Assembly: GCA_951406725.2 (NCBI GenBank) | Contig: OX597828.1 | Coordinates: 7,130,001 to 7,194,000 of the forward strand | Direction: 5' to 3' | Length of the DNA stretch: 64,000 nucleotides | DNA from: Octopus vulgaris | Lineage: Eukaryota | Shown: positions 53,491 to 64,000 of the stretch, piece after piece | Numbering within the stretch: position 1 is the first letter of the stretch | How the letters are laid out: every line of letters begins with the position of its first letter | Made by a program: the position numbers and the translations under genes | The notes under the pieces: model-generated | Databases searched by the model: none | Told to the model about the DNA's origin: nothing | What the model saw: the letters and a program-made list of their open reading frames with translations, nothing else

Positions 53491-53861
53491 CGCCAATGAG
53501 CTCATTATACGGTGTATGCTCTAAATTCGATTGTCGGATGTTTAAGAAATTTAATATGGTTTACGATGTTTAAGCGTTGTCACTTTATATTATTTATTCA
53601 TTAATTTTTAATTATTTGTATATTTATGCTAATCTTTTTTGTCTTTGTTTTTGAAGTTCTCTGGCGTCGAATTTAATTGAGGTGGTTAGCTGAGATTCCG
53701 ACCCCGGCCTCAACGGTTTTAGTTGTTATAATTCATTATGACGTACCTCAATTCCTTATGTCTTATGCGCCCATGAATTCAACACGCCATCCAGCCAGTC
53801 AACCAAACAACCAGCCAGCTATTCAACTTACACTCATATAAGCACTCATACACATAAACAT

Positions 53862-54231
53862 GTGGAGGCGCAATGGGCCCAGTGGTTAGGGCAGCGGACT
53901 CGCGGTCGTTGGATCGCGGTTTCGATTCCCAGACTGGGCGTTGTGAGTGTTTATTGAGCGAAAACACCTAAAAAGCTCCACGAGGCTCCGGCAGGGGATG
54001 GTGGTGATCCCTGCTGTACTCTTTCACCACAACTTTCTCTCACTCTTACTTCCTGTTTCTGGGCCGGCCTTGTCACTCTCTGTGTCACGCTGAATATCCC
54101 CGAGAACTACGTTAAGGGTACACGTGTCTGTGGAGTGCTCAGCCACTTACACGTTAATTTCACGAGCAGGCTGTTCCGTTGATTCGGATCAACCGGAACC
54201 CTCGTCGTCGTAACTGACGGAGTGCTTCCAC
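53862..54231 (+). mobile_element. SINE family C, tail type 1
   Basis: tRNA-like head. 11-bp TSD CACATAAACAT at 53851-53861 and 54232-54242. Confidence 0.9.
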
Positions 54232-54307
54232 CACATAAACATAATACACACACACAAACACGAACGCACATATTTATTTTATATTTATATGTACCTATAT
54301 ACATACA

Positions 54308-54617
54308 TGTGGAGGTGCAATGGCCCAGTGGTTAGGGCAGCGGACTCGCGGTTGAAGGATCGCGGTCCCGATTCCCATATCGGGCGTTGTGAGTGTTTAT
54401 TGAGCGAAAACACCTAAAGCTCCACGAGGCTCCGACAGGAAGTGGTGGCCATCCTTGCTGTACTCTTTCGCCACAACTTTCTCTCTTTCTTCTGTTGGCC
54501 TGCTCGCTTAGCCAGCGGGGTAGTGTCATTTGAAAGCTAAAACAATGCGAAGCGCATTGTGACCAGCGACGTGTAGCAACATCTGATAGCCTGGTCGGTC
54601 ACGGTGATCACTGTGAT
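54308..54617 (+). mobile_element. SINE family C, tail type 2
   Basis: Same head as 53862. Tail ...GGTCGGTCACGGTGATCACTGTGA as in 23017-23336. Confidence 0.88.
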
Positions 54618-54679
54618 ATATATACATATACACACATAGCTACATACATGCACGCACTTGTATAGACATATATAAGGAA

Positions 54680-55090
54680 GACAATGAACACAAAAAAAAC
54701 AACGCAGAATGGATAATTTTTCTCAAAAGTTGTTTCGGTTTAATGCTCAAAAGCAAGTAAAAGAGCCTTGACGTTTTAGACGCTAGTCCGTCATCAGAAG
54801 AAAGATAGAAGAAAAAGAAATGAAGAGAATGAAAGAGAAAATATTGGAGGAAAAAACGAAAAATGGGTAAGGTAAGGCTAGGTTAGAAAGTGGTTCTGTA
54901 GGGAGTTAGGAAGGGACTATACGTGTTTGCGTGAATACGAATGTTGTTATGATGGATAGTGGGGTTGTCGTCAGTGGGTGCCTAAGTGTAATCTTATCGT
55001 CTGTGAGGAGTAGTAGCAGGAATGTTGTAAAGTGAAAGGGAAAGCAAGCGGAATATAGTGTTAATGATAAAACGCCGATGAATATAATAA
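54680..55090 (-). mobile_element. Decayed Penelope-like fragment with mutated hammerhead (54767-54800)
   Basis: Minus strand CTT-CTGATGA-C-GGAC(TAGC)GTCT-AAAA-CG-TC-AAG. Upstream IFRLLSLSLYNI weakly recalls the Penelope GIY-YIG C-terminus. Confidence 0.5.
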
Positions 55091-55142
55091 CAAGAACAAC
55101 AACAATAATAAAACAGCAGCAGTAGCAGCAATAGCAGTAGTA

Positions 55143-55180
<38 letters not shown>

Positions 55181-55966
55181 CTTCCCGTTATATATATACA
55201 TATATATATATATATATACATATATATACATATATATATTATTTATTATTATTATTATTTAATTGAATGCCACGTATCCATTTCCAAGTAAGTTTATCTT
55301 CACCTTTGTGATGCGACTATAGTTTTCTTCTTCCATCCTTCTTTAATTCCCCTTTTCTCCCCTCCCTCTTTCACTGTTTTTGATCTTTCTCTCGCTCCCT
55401 CGCTTTCTCTTTTTCTTTCTCTCGTTGCTCACACGTGACCATCGTCCATCTTTATTTTCTTTACGCGACCATCTTTCTTTTCCTGCACGGACGTTTTTTC
55501 TCTGCCTTCTGTCTTTTCTCTTTTCAAAGAAAATATTTCTCCCGGCGTTCACTATTTTTCTCTTGTTCTGGTCTAACGACCCTCCATGTTTGTTTTCGTT
55601 CGGTTTCCTTGTATGTCTCCACTGTTCTGTTTTTGTCCCCAACTTTGACCCTCCATAAATCCTAAATTTTATTTCAGAATTTATGGGAACAATTGTCTTT
55701 GAAGACTCATATTGTCGTTGAATGCTCGAAATGAGTAGATAGACAGCAGACAACTGATGAAAGGGTCCTTTCTCTGTGTTTACTTGTCCTGTTTTCCATT
55801 TTTCTCTCGTTGTTTACGTATTTCATGTTGTTTGCGCAATTGGTGACGTCCTGTACCCATATACGCATATATATGTTTATCTTGATATGAGATCACAATG
55901 TCGCGCGCATACACATACATACATGCAAACAAGCACATACACACATACACACGCACACACGTACAG

Positions 55967-55999
<33 letters not shown>

Positions 56000-56005
<6 letters not shown>

Positions 56006-57031
56006 TTTAATCGAATAGAATTCTCAGATTACATAGACTCAAAGAATTAGTGAGAAGAAGGCGTTACAAGTCCGACATCTGTTTCTGAAGGCTCGGAATT
56101 ACTTCATAATTTTGGCAAATGTAACTCATCAAAAATTTGCAGCCAGAAATGAAATCAAACATTGGTAGAATCCTGAGCCTCGTACATATGTAAATGAAAT
56201 TATAAAATGATAATACTGGGGAAAAGCAATTCCAGCTATAGATACTAATGCTGTTAACTTGATTCCTTATGTCGTATCGAAATGCAAAAGTAAAATTGTC
56301 TGAATGGATTCAATTTTCAATAACGTTAATGTTCGTGCTAATGAAAAGGGCTGAGTGTACAATAATAATACAGTTGAGGAATGGATTAATTTAGCTTTCA
56401 ATCGTCCCGCTGCTGCTTTGCAACAACTAAAATCAATGCTTAAATTGGATTCTTTGCGCGGCCTTCTTTCAGTTAATACAAAAGCATAGTCTGCAGCGGC
56501 ACGAAACAGTGCTTGTTGTCATTCCTGGTGAGTTAACAAGCCTTTTGCAGCCACTGGACGTCTACATCAATAAACTCTTTAGGCCAAAATATGAAAGCAT
56601 TATATTGTAAATACATAGCTAATCACGATCATGACTTTACTATTTCAGGCAAAATTCAAAAGGCTTCAATGCAACCAATTGTATCATGTCTAAAGCAAGC
56701 ATGGAACTTCATTGATTCTGATACAATAACTCGAAGTTACAAAAAAAAATGCTGCAAAACAATTGCACTTGATGGATTGGAAGATGATGTTATGTGGCAA
56801 GAAATTGATGATGAAGATGAAACAAATGCAACCGAACAATTGATGGAAAACGATATTGATTTAGTCTGATAACAGTGGATAATGCAATAATATTGATTTA
56901 AATAAAAATAATAATTTGACAAAAATTTCTAAATGTTTTCATTTTTTACATCTATATCGACACATTTTTTTTTTAGAAAGGAAAAAAAAAAGAAGAAAAA
57001 CCTCCAGCGAATTAAATACGGGTAAATGCGG
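56000..57031 (+). mobile_element. Decayed pogo/Tigger-like transposon 3' part
   Basis: VVIPGELTSLLQPLDVYINKLF at about 56515-56580 is the pogo DDE motif. It is followed by KQAWNFID..KKCCKTIALDGLEDD and a TIR-like end CGGGTAAATGCGG. The left boundary is uncertain. Confidence 0.75.
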
Positions 57032-57034
57032 CAT

Positions 57035-57460
57035 ACATACATACATATGATGGCTGCCGACTCGTTAGATGAGTAGGATTCTCACTGATAAATTATCTTA
57101 CTTCTGTTATGTGTTTGTTTGTTTTGTATTCATTCTTTTTTTGCCAGCGATTGTAGGGCCTGCAATGGTTTTTAAAGCCAGCAAGTGATTTTTTTCTTTT
57201 TTGCAGATGCGGCATTAATTTTCATGCGTTGCAATCAGATGCTCGTTCGGCACAGCGTTTTGTGTACTTTTTCTCTGACCTGTAAGTTCCGATCTGCTGG
57301 GAAATTTTCTTCCACATAAATAGCATAAAAGATTAGTTGCTAGAAATTGCTTGAATTCAACTTTGAAGCCCTTCAGCGTAGATGACTGGTGGGGCCAACA
57401 CTTGACAGGCAAGCACGACGACTTCCATCACACTCAAGAGGGGTTGGTTGTTCGACCAAA
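57035..57460 (-). mobile_element. Decayed RTE-like LINE 3' end
   Basis: Two broken C2H2-like motifs: CYLCGRKFPSRSELTGQRKST and CRICKK../SLAGFKNHCRPY across a stop and a frameshift. Short 3' UTR with hairpin ACTCATCTAACGAGT, ending in (TATG)n. Confidence 0.5.
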
Positions 57461-57505
57461 AGGCTCTTTTTTAATACACACATACACGCGTGCGCATACA
57501 CACAA

Positions 57506-57539
<34 letters not shown>

Positions 57540-57541
<2 letters not shown>

Positions 57542-57962
57542 GGAGGCGCTAGCAGAATCATTATCACGTTGGACGAAATGCTAACCGGTATTTTGCCTAT
57601 CGCTACGTTCTGAGTTCAAATTCCGCCGAGGTCGAATTTACCTTTCATTCTTTCGGGGTGGATAAATTAAGTACCAGTTCCGCACTGAGGTCGATGTAAT
57701 CGACTTAATCCCTTCCCCCAGATTTGAGGCCTTGTACTTCCAGTAGAAAGGATCGTTATCATAATTATTAAAGCGGCAAGCTAGCAGAATCGTTAGCACA
57801 ACGGGCAAAATGCTTAGCGGCATTTCGTCTATCTTTATGTTCTGAGTTCAAATTCCGCCGCGGTCGACTTTGCTTTTCATCCTCTCGGGATCCATGTAAT
57901 CGATTCCCCCACCACCACCAAAAAAAAAATGTTCAGGCCTTGTCCTTTGCTAGAAAGGATTA
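57540..57962 (+). mobile_element. Two tandem SINE family B copies after (ATT)n
   Basis: Copies at 57540-57755 and 57770-57962. Confidence 0.85.
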
Positions 57963-59479
57963 CTATCAGCATTATTGTCATCTGTACGATACGCCCTCCC
58001 TATCTCAATGTAGGAGATTTCATTTAAAATATCTTCCAGATATATCTCCAGCTGTGGTCTGGATAAGGAAATCTCTTGTATAATTCTTGCGAGCCCTTGT
58101 GATTACCGTAAATCCTCGAGTACCATACGTATCATCTTTGTAAACAGAGGATGGAGTAAAGCTCAAATGCAATTTGTATACGAGAAACCTGCCTCATAGC
58201 TGGTTCTGCGGCATTTGGGAAGAAGAAAAGAAGGGTTAGCTTCGGGGAAATTGGTGACGTAACGTCGGACTAGTAGTCTTTTTGTTTTTTACGTAGCACA
58301 ATAAAGAAAAATGGTAAGTGCAGATGTAATATTTGGTGATGTAGTCGATGAGATTATCATGAACATAAGAATTAAACGCCATAAAGCATTAACCAGAACT
58401 GTGTCTGCAAATGGTACTGAAAGCTCAATATCTGAGGTAGATGATCTAGCTGTTAGACGAGTTGTAGCAACACCCATCTAAAAGATTTCTGCACGGAAGA
58501 CCGGAAAGAACATAAAAAACAACCACAAATGATAAAGGTTGTCGGCCTTAGGGCGACAGCTGCTATAACTTGAAACTCGGCAAATGAAATTCCCTTATGT
58601 TCATTATAAGCAACAAATCATAACATCAAGAGCACCTCTCTTCAAACTGTTGCCAACAAAGACAAGAAGTGTCTACTACAGCAACAACAGCAATGTGACC
58701 CACTCACAGCTGTACTATTCCTTCCACTTACGAGTATGGGGACCTGAACAGTGGGCAATTATGGTTGCCCTTTGCTGGGTAGGTTTTCCTACAGCTCATC
58801 TTCTTGACGAAACTGCAGTCCTGGAACAAACGAAGAAAATTATTGGACATCTGTTACCTGGAATGTTGTCAGTTGTTTACCGTACTCCACCAGTCGAACA
58901 TCGTAGTCACCAGATCTTCCAAATAGCATTTTATAGAGCGCTACTTTTTTTTTATTTCCAGAATCGGGAGAAAAGGGGCAGTGCCAATGAACTTTGAAGG
59001 CCAGTCATCCACGAGAATCAACTGACCAATCTGATCCAGAAGAATGTCATCCACGAGCATTGTCCGAAAATTGGTGACCTGAGGAATTTGAACAATTGTT
59101 GCTATGTGCAGGACGGTCCAGCAAGCGACCTAGTCCATTGTGAAGACTGTTCCGCCGCTTTCTTTTGACAGAGAAGACAGACAGTTCTCTGGTGGCTTTG
59201 GCGAAAAAGCACGAGTGAATAGAAAGAACTGATCAAATTATTTTCGTCATTGGCCGAAACCTCCTCCATTTCTCCCAAGTTTCACAAACAAAGAAATGTG
59301 AGGATGAAGCGAAAAGTGATTACTCCTCCTGAAAATTTGTTGAAAGGCAGGTGAAGCCAGGTTATGACAGTAGGGGGAGGGGATAATGCCTGTTTGGTTT
59401 GGGTGGTCATGGATCAATAAGTTTTCTTGTTTGGCCCTTGGTTAGAGCCTTAGTATATAATATTTTTTATCATTCGCAA

Positions 59480-60211
59480 TCGATTTTTATGGAGCCACTT
59501 CAATTTTGTAATACTTTTCACTTACTGTACATCGAAATCCTACCAAGGTCTTTCATTCTATCGGGCTCGATAAAAAAAAAAGAGGTTAAGGTCTTGGGTA
59601 AAATGTGTTAGCAATTAATAACCTTTCCTCAAAACTGCTGGCCTTGTGCCTAAATTAGAAACAATTATAATAATTAAGCACTCTGAGTTCAAATACTATT
59701 GATGTGTATTTCACTTTTATATATAAGGTTGGTAAAGTAAAGACGATCGATACTATTGATTATGACCATTCATGAATGCTGTGGCCTTCTGTCTATGTCA
59801 GAAATCATTAGTAACGTTAGTTGTGATGCTAATATAGTATCACTACTAATAATACATTCGTAGTAATACGTTTTCAGTAATACATAATAATATATTAGTA
59901 GTAACACAATAGTTGTAATATTGTAATTGTAATAAATTTCTAGTAATACATTAGTTGTAATACATTAGTAGGAATACATTATATTAGTAATTACATATCA
60001 GTGTTAATATATGATAATATTAAGGCGTTGGCTTGGCAGAATCGTCACCGCTTCCAACTTTACGTTCTGAGTTCAAATTCCGCTGAGATCGACTTTGCCT
60101 TTAATCCTTTCGAGGTCTATAAAATAAATACCAGTTGATCACTGGGAACGATGTAATCGACTTACCCCTCCTCTGAAATTGCTGGCCATGTGCCAAATTT
60201 TGAAGCCAATA
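59480..60211 (+). mobile_element. SINE family B copies (two decayed, one clear at 60022-60211)
   Basis: Family B body and tail motifs, with an AGTAATAC-like low-complexity spacer at 59810-60020. Confidence 0.7.
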
Positions 60212-60239
60212 TATAATAATATATCGGAAGTAATAATAC

Positions 60240-60930
60240 ATTGAAGTCGATGAAGGTATGTTTTGCGTTTTTCCCCAATCTGGTGTCGAGGAATGAAAGG
60301 TGAGCGATCTATGATTTAAAAATGAAAGCTCAATCCATGGAATGCCAACACGCCTATACGGTGGCTGTATTAAGGGGTGACAAGGGCATCATTCTCCTTG
60401 ATCTTCTTGAACGTGGCTGTGCCGTGAACAGTGAGCGATACACTGAGACGCACAAAAGATTGAGAGAAGCCATTAAAAAGAAGAGACCAAACAAGAATCT
60501 GAGAAAAGAGTCCTCATTTAACATGGCAATGTGCGTTCAAGCACGTCTTCGGCTATAATTCAGGCAGTTTGTAAATCGAACAAGCCAGTGGCTCCCATCG
60601 AATGGACCTCCCAGAATTGGCGCTCTCCGACTTTCAACGGACCAATCCAATGAAGGACAGCCTTCAAGGACAATGATTTGATGACATGAACATGGTGAAA
60701 TGGTTGCAAAGAAATAGATACGGCAGTGTGCACTAGGTTATTTTAAAGAGGAATCGAAAGTTGGGTTCAACGATGAAGCGGATATATAGTTTGTGGTGGA
60801 GATTGAGTTGAGTGGTACTTTTGCACAGAAGAGTCACTCAAGCAACCTATGCACATTGAATGACATTTGTCAGGAAAATAAAAAGACAAAAGTTATGCCA
60901 ACTTTTACATTACTTTTGGTATAGCCCTCG
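60240..60930 (+). mobile_element. Decayed mariner transposase remnant
   Basis: DKGIILLDLLERGCAVNSERYTETHKRLREAIKKKRP resembles the mariner catalytic domain. An LALSDF-like motif lies near 60617 and a TIR-like end CATTACTTTTGGTATAGCCCTCG closes the element. Confidence 0.75.
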
Positions 60931-60960
60931 TGTATTAGTAATAAAACGATGGTTGTAATA

Positions 60961-61575
60961 TATTGGTTTCAAATTTTGGTACAAGACCAACAGTGTCGGG
61001 GGGAGTGGGTAAGTCAATTATATCGGACCTAGTGTTTCACTAGTACTTACTTCATCGACCCCGAAAGGATAAAAGGCAAACTCAATCTCAGCAGAATTTG
61101 AACTCAGAACGTAAAGACGGACGAAATGCCGTTAACCAATTTTGTCAATGCGCCGCCTTAATATCGCAATTAATATATTACTACCCACATCCGTCTTTAT
61201 GCTCTGACTTCAAATTCTGCCGAGGTCGAATTTGCCTTTCATCCATTCGGGGTCGATAAAATAAGTTCCAGTCGAGCATTGGAAGTCGATGTAATCAACT
61301 TATCAACTTCCACGACGTTGCTGTCCTTGTGCCAAAATCTGAAACCAGTATAGGATTAATAATCATTTTTACTACAAGAATAACTCCTGAAATTTGAGGA
61401 AGAGGGATAATCGATTACATCGACCCCAGTGTTTCACTTGTACTTAATCCATCGACCCCGGAAGGATGAAAGGCGAAGTCAACTTCGGCGGAATTTGAAC
61501 TCAGAAAATAAAGACGGACGAAATGCCGCTGAGCATTTTTGCCCGTTGTGCTAACGATTCTGCCAGCTCGCCGCA
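60961..61575. mobile_element. Three SINE family B copies in alternating orientation
   Basis: 60961-61160 (-), 61188-61348 (+), 61362-61575 (-). Confidence 0.85.
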
Positions 61576-61827
61576 CAATTATGTGAGTAATAATACAGTG
61601 CAATGGATGTCAAAACTGGCGGAACACCAGACCGTATTTCGATTCGTGCCTTTATGCACTCAGTTGGAATAGAACCGAGGTCGACATGTCGTATGTATAC
61701 CATTTCGGTGTCAGTATCGAGTGAAGTAATAGCCCGTGTAATAGAATGTCCGTTCCCCTTTGTGAAAAGTGTGTAAATGAGCCTGTTAAAGTCTTCCACA
61801 CTAATTTAAGGAAACAATATAAAAAAC

Positions 61828-61844
61828 AGTAGTAGTAGTAGTAA

Positions 61845-61890
<46 letters not shown>

Positions 61891-61909
61891 GGTGGTGGTG
61901 GTGGTGGTG

Positions 61910-61953
<44 letters not shown>

Positions 61954-61993
61954 GGTGGTGGTGGTAGGGGTGGTGGTGGTAGTAGTAGTAGTA
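61828..61993. repeat. (GTA)n/(GTG)n compound trinucleotide repeat
   Basis: Direct reading. Confidence 0.95.
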
Positions 61994-62330
61994 TGTAAGC
62001 TAAACATTATACTTAGTGTTTACATTATACAATCAGTAATTCTAACCGCGTAACAACGACGTCTGTAACCAATCCAGATAAAGTAAATCTAGGCTTTTCA
62101 CTAATTCAGGGTCAATTGACCTTTATCCAGCTATTGTTTAAGTGCATTCGTGTTGTGTGGGTGTATGTTTAAACCTCTCTTTCTCTCTCTCTCTCTCTTT
62201 TACTCTTTCTCCCTCTCGCTTTCTCTTTATGTGTACTATATATATATATAAGTACACGCACATACACACACCACACACATACACACACACATATATATAT
62301 TGATATATAGATCGATAGACAGTGAGTGTA

Positions 62331-62369
<39 letters not shown>

Positions 62370-62373
<4 letters not shown>

Positions 62374-62565
62374 TTTTATTCTTTTACTTATTTCAGTCAT
62401 TTGACTGCGGCCATGCTGGAGCACCGCCTTAAAGGGCTTTTTAGCTGAAGAAAGCGACCCCAGGACATATTCTTTCTAAGCCTAGTACTTATTCTACCGG
62501 CCTCTAAGTTATGGGAACATAAACACACCAACATCAGTGGGGACCAAACGCAAGCACAAAGACAT
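62370..62565 (-). mobile_element. SINE family A 3' half
   Basis: TTTCAGTCATTTGACTGCGGCCATGCTGGAGCACCGCC tail. Confidence 0.8.
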
Positions 62566-62570
62566 ACACT

Positions 62571-62843
<273 letters not shown>

Positions 62844-62891
62844 GTATGTCTGTCTGTATGTATATTGATAGATACAAGTTCACACATAGAT

Positions 62892-64000
62892 ATGTTTCTT
62901 TATTAGCCACACAGGGCTGCACACAGACAGAACAAATTACAAGGTAGAGCTTTTCTTTTGGGGGTAAAAAAAAGGGGGTTGGTTTTCGATCAAAAGGGAT
63001 CGTAAAAGGAAAGAAAGAGGACAAAAAAAGGGAGGATTTAAAAAAAGGGGGAGAGGAAAAAAAGAAAAGGGGAGAGGAAAAAAAGTTGATCAATAGGGAT
63101 CGTAATCACAGAAATGTCAATATGAAGTGTAAAGGGGAGGACAGGTGAGGTTTACCCGTGGAAGGAAAAGCCTACGGAAAAGACCACGGTAACCTCGGTC
63201 AATGAAGTCACATGTTATATTTCTTTTTTTTTTTTTTTTGCAAATAAGCAACTCTCTGTATTAATTTTTACGGTTCATAGAATCATAGTCAAGGTGGCTT
63301 CGTCATTCATACGTGCCATCCTTGCTACATTCACCCATCTTTTTTAAAACATTCACTAGACAAAACTTGCCTCTCTACTCTCACTTTCCTCTTCAAGTGA
63401 TACTTGAAGAAGTTGATGAGAGATTGACCAGAGAGGAAAGTGTTTGTCTCTAATCCTTTCAGGCGCGTCCACCAGATACATTCTTTCGCCATAGCCACAA
63501 GTATGATAAAAATAGCTCTTCCTTCCCGTTTGAAGGAAGGAGGCGTGACGATATTAACGATAGACTCGGCTGATAAACCGACACGTCCTACACGTGACAG
63601 CAGTCGTTCGACGTAAGCCCACAGGTCGGAAATTGCTGGACACTGCACGATTGCGTGCAGAGCGGTTTCGTCGCTCTGCCCGCATCTCGGGGAGGTCGAC
63701 CCCGTGTTTCACGAGCCATGCCTATAGAGCTTATCCCGAACGGGTAGCGCTTCTCGGTAGCCCCGCCAGGCCAGGGATCTCTGGAAGTTGTCCATAGGTC
63801 CCGGGCCGAAAGTCGTTTGAAACAGGCGGGTCAGGTATTCCTCGTCGACGCCCAGGTTTGCCCCGAGATCGTCGTCGTACCTCCCTTCCACTAATCCCCT
63901 ATAGAATGCTTTGGTTGCGTTGAAGTCACTCAAGGTCGACCCGGGACGGCAGAGTTGCTTGAGAGCAACGCGACACTCGCGGTGCCATTCGCCCTTCCTC
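62892..64000 (-). mobile_element. Tx1-like LINE, longest copy, continues beyond the window
   Basis: Frameshifted ORF2 C-terminus (TKAFYRGLVEGRYDD...ALPVRDKLYRHG / QCPAISDLWAYVERLL...). Stop at 63275-63277, about 380-nt 3' UTR, AATAAA just before the end. Confidence 0.9.

Noticed and set aside
53862-53940. tRNA gene
   Set aside because: A and B boxes are present but there is no acceptor stem, and it continues into a SINE body bounded by a TSD.
55690-55880. CTGATGA motif in a pyrimidine-rich repeat-like block (55240-55880)
   Set aside because: No downstream GAAA and cleavage triplet in register. Possibly Penelope-derived but unsupported.
61801-62007. Mucin-like poly-Thr ORF
   Set aside because: Pure trinucleotide repeat with no flanking coding or splice evidence.

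Overview
Eukaryotic, AT-rich, microsatellite-saturated DNA. It is most likely non-coding sequence from an Octopus genome, inferred from recalled tRNA-derived SINE families and the (TA)/(CA)/(TACA)/(TATC) density, not checked against a database. No intact host protein-coding exon could be supported, and almost all listed ORFs are translations of microsatellites. The window holds dozens of copies of at least four SINE families and five 3' fragments of an L1/Tx1-like LINE. It also holds five copies of a GG-ended MITE with internal TTAGGG repeats (8-bp TSDs in four), two non-autonomous Helitrons, decayed maT, mariner, pogo and RTE remnants, and Penelope-type fragments with hammerhead ribozyme motifs. 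A candidate promoter (CCAAT/CRE/E-box) lies near 1.2-1.4 kb. Best candidate for an undescribed system: a Tx1-like retrotransposon that appears to insert specifically and directionally into (TATC)n/(GATA)n microsatellites. Next best are the minimal hammerhead ribozymes and the telomere-repeat MITE, including one copy with an anomalous 39-bp flanking duplication. Coordinates were read by eye and edges of decayed elements are approximate.
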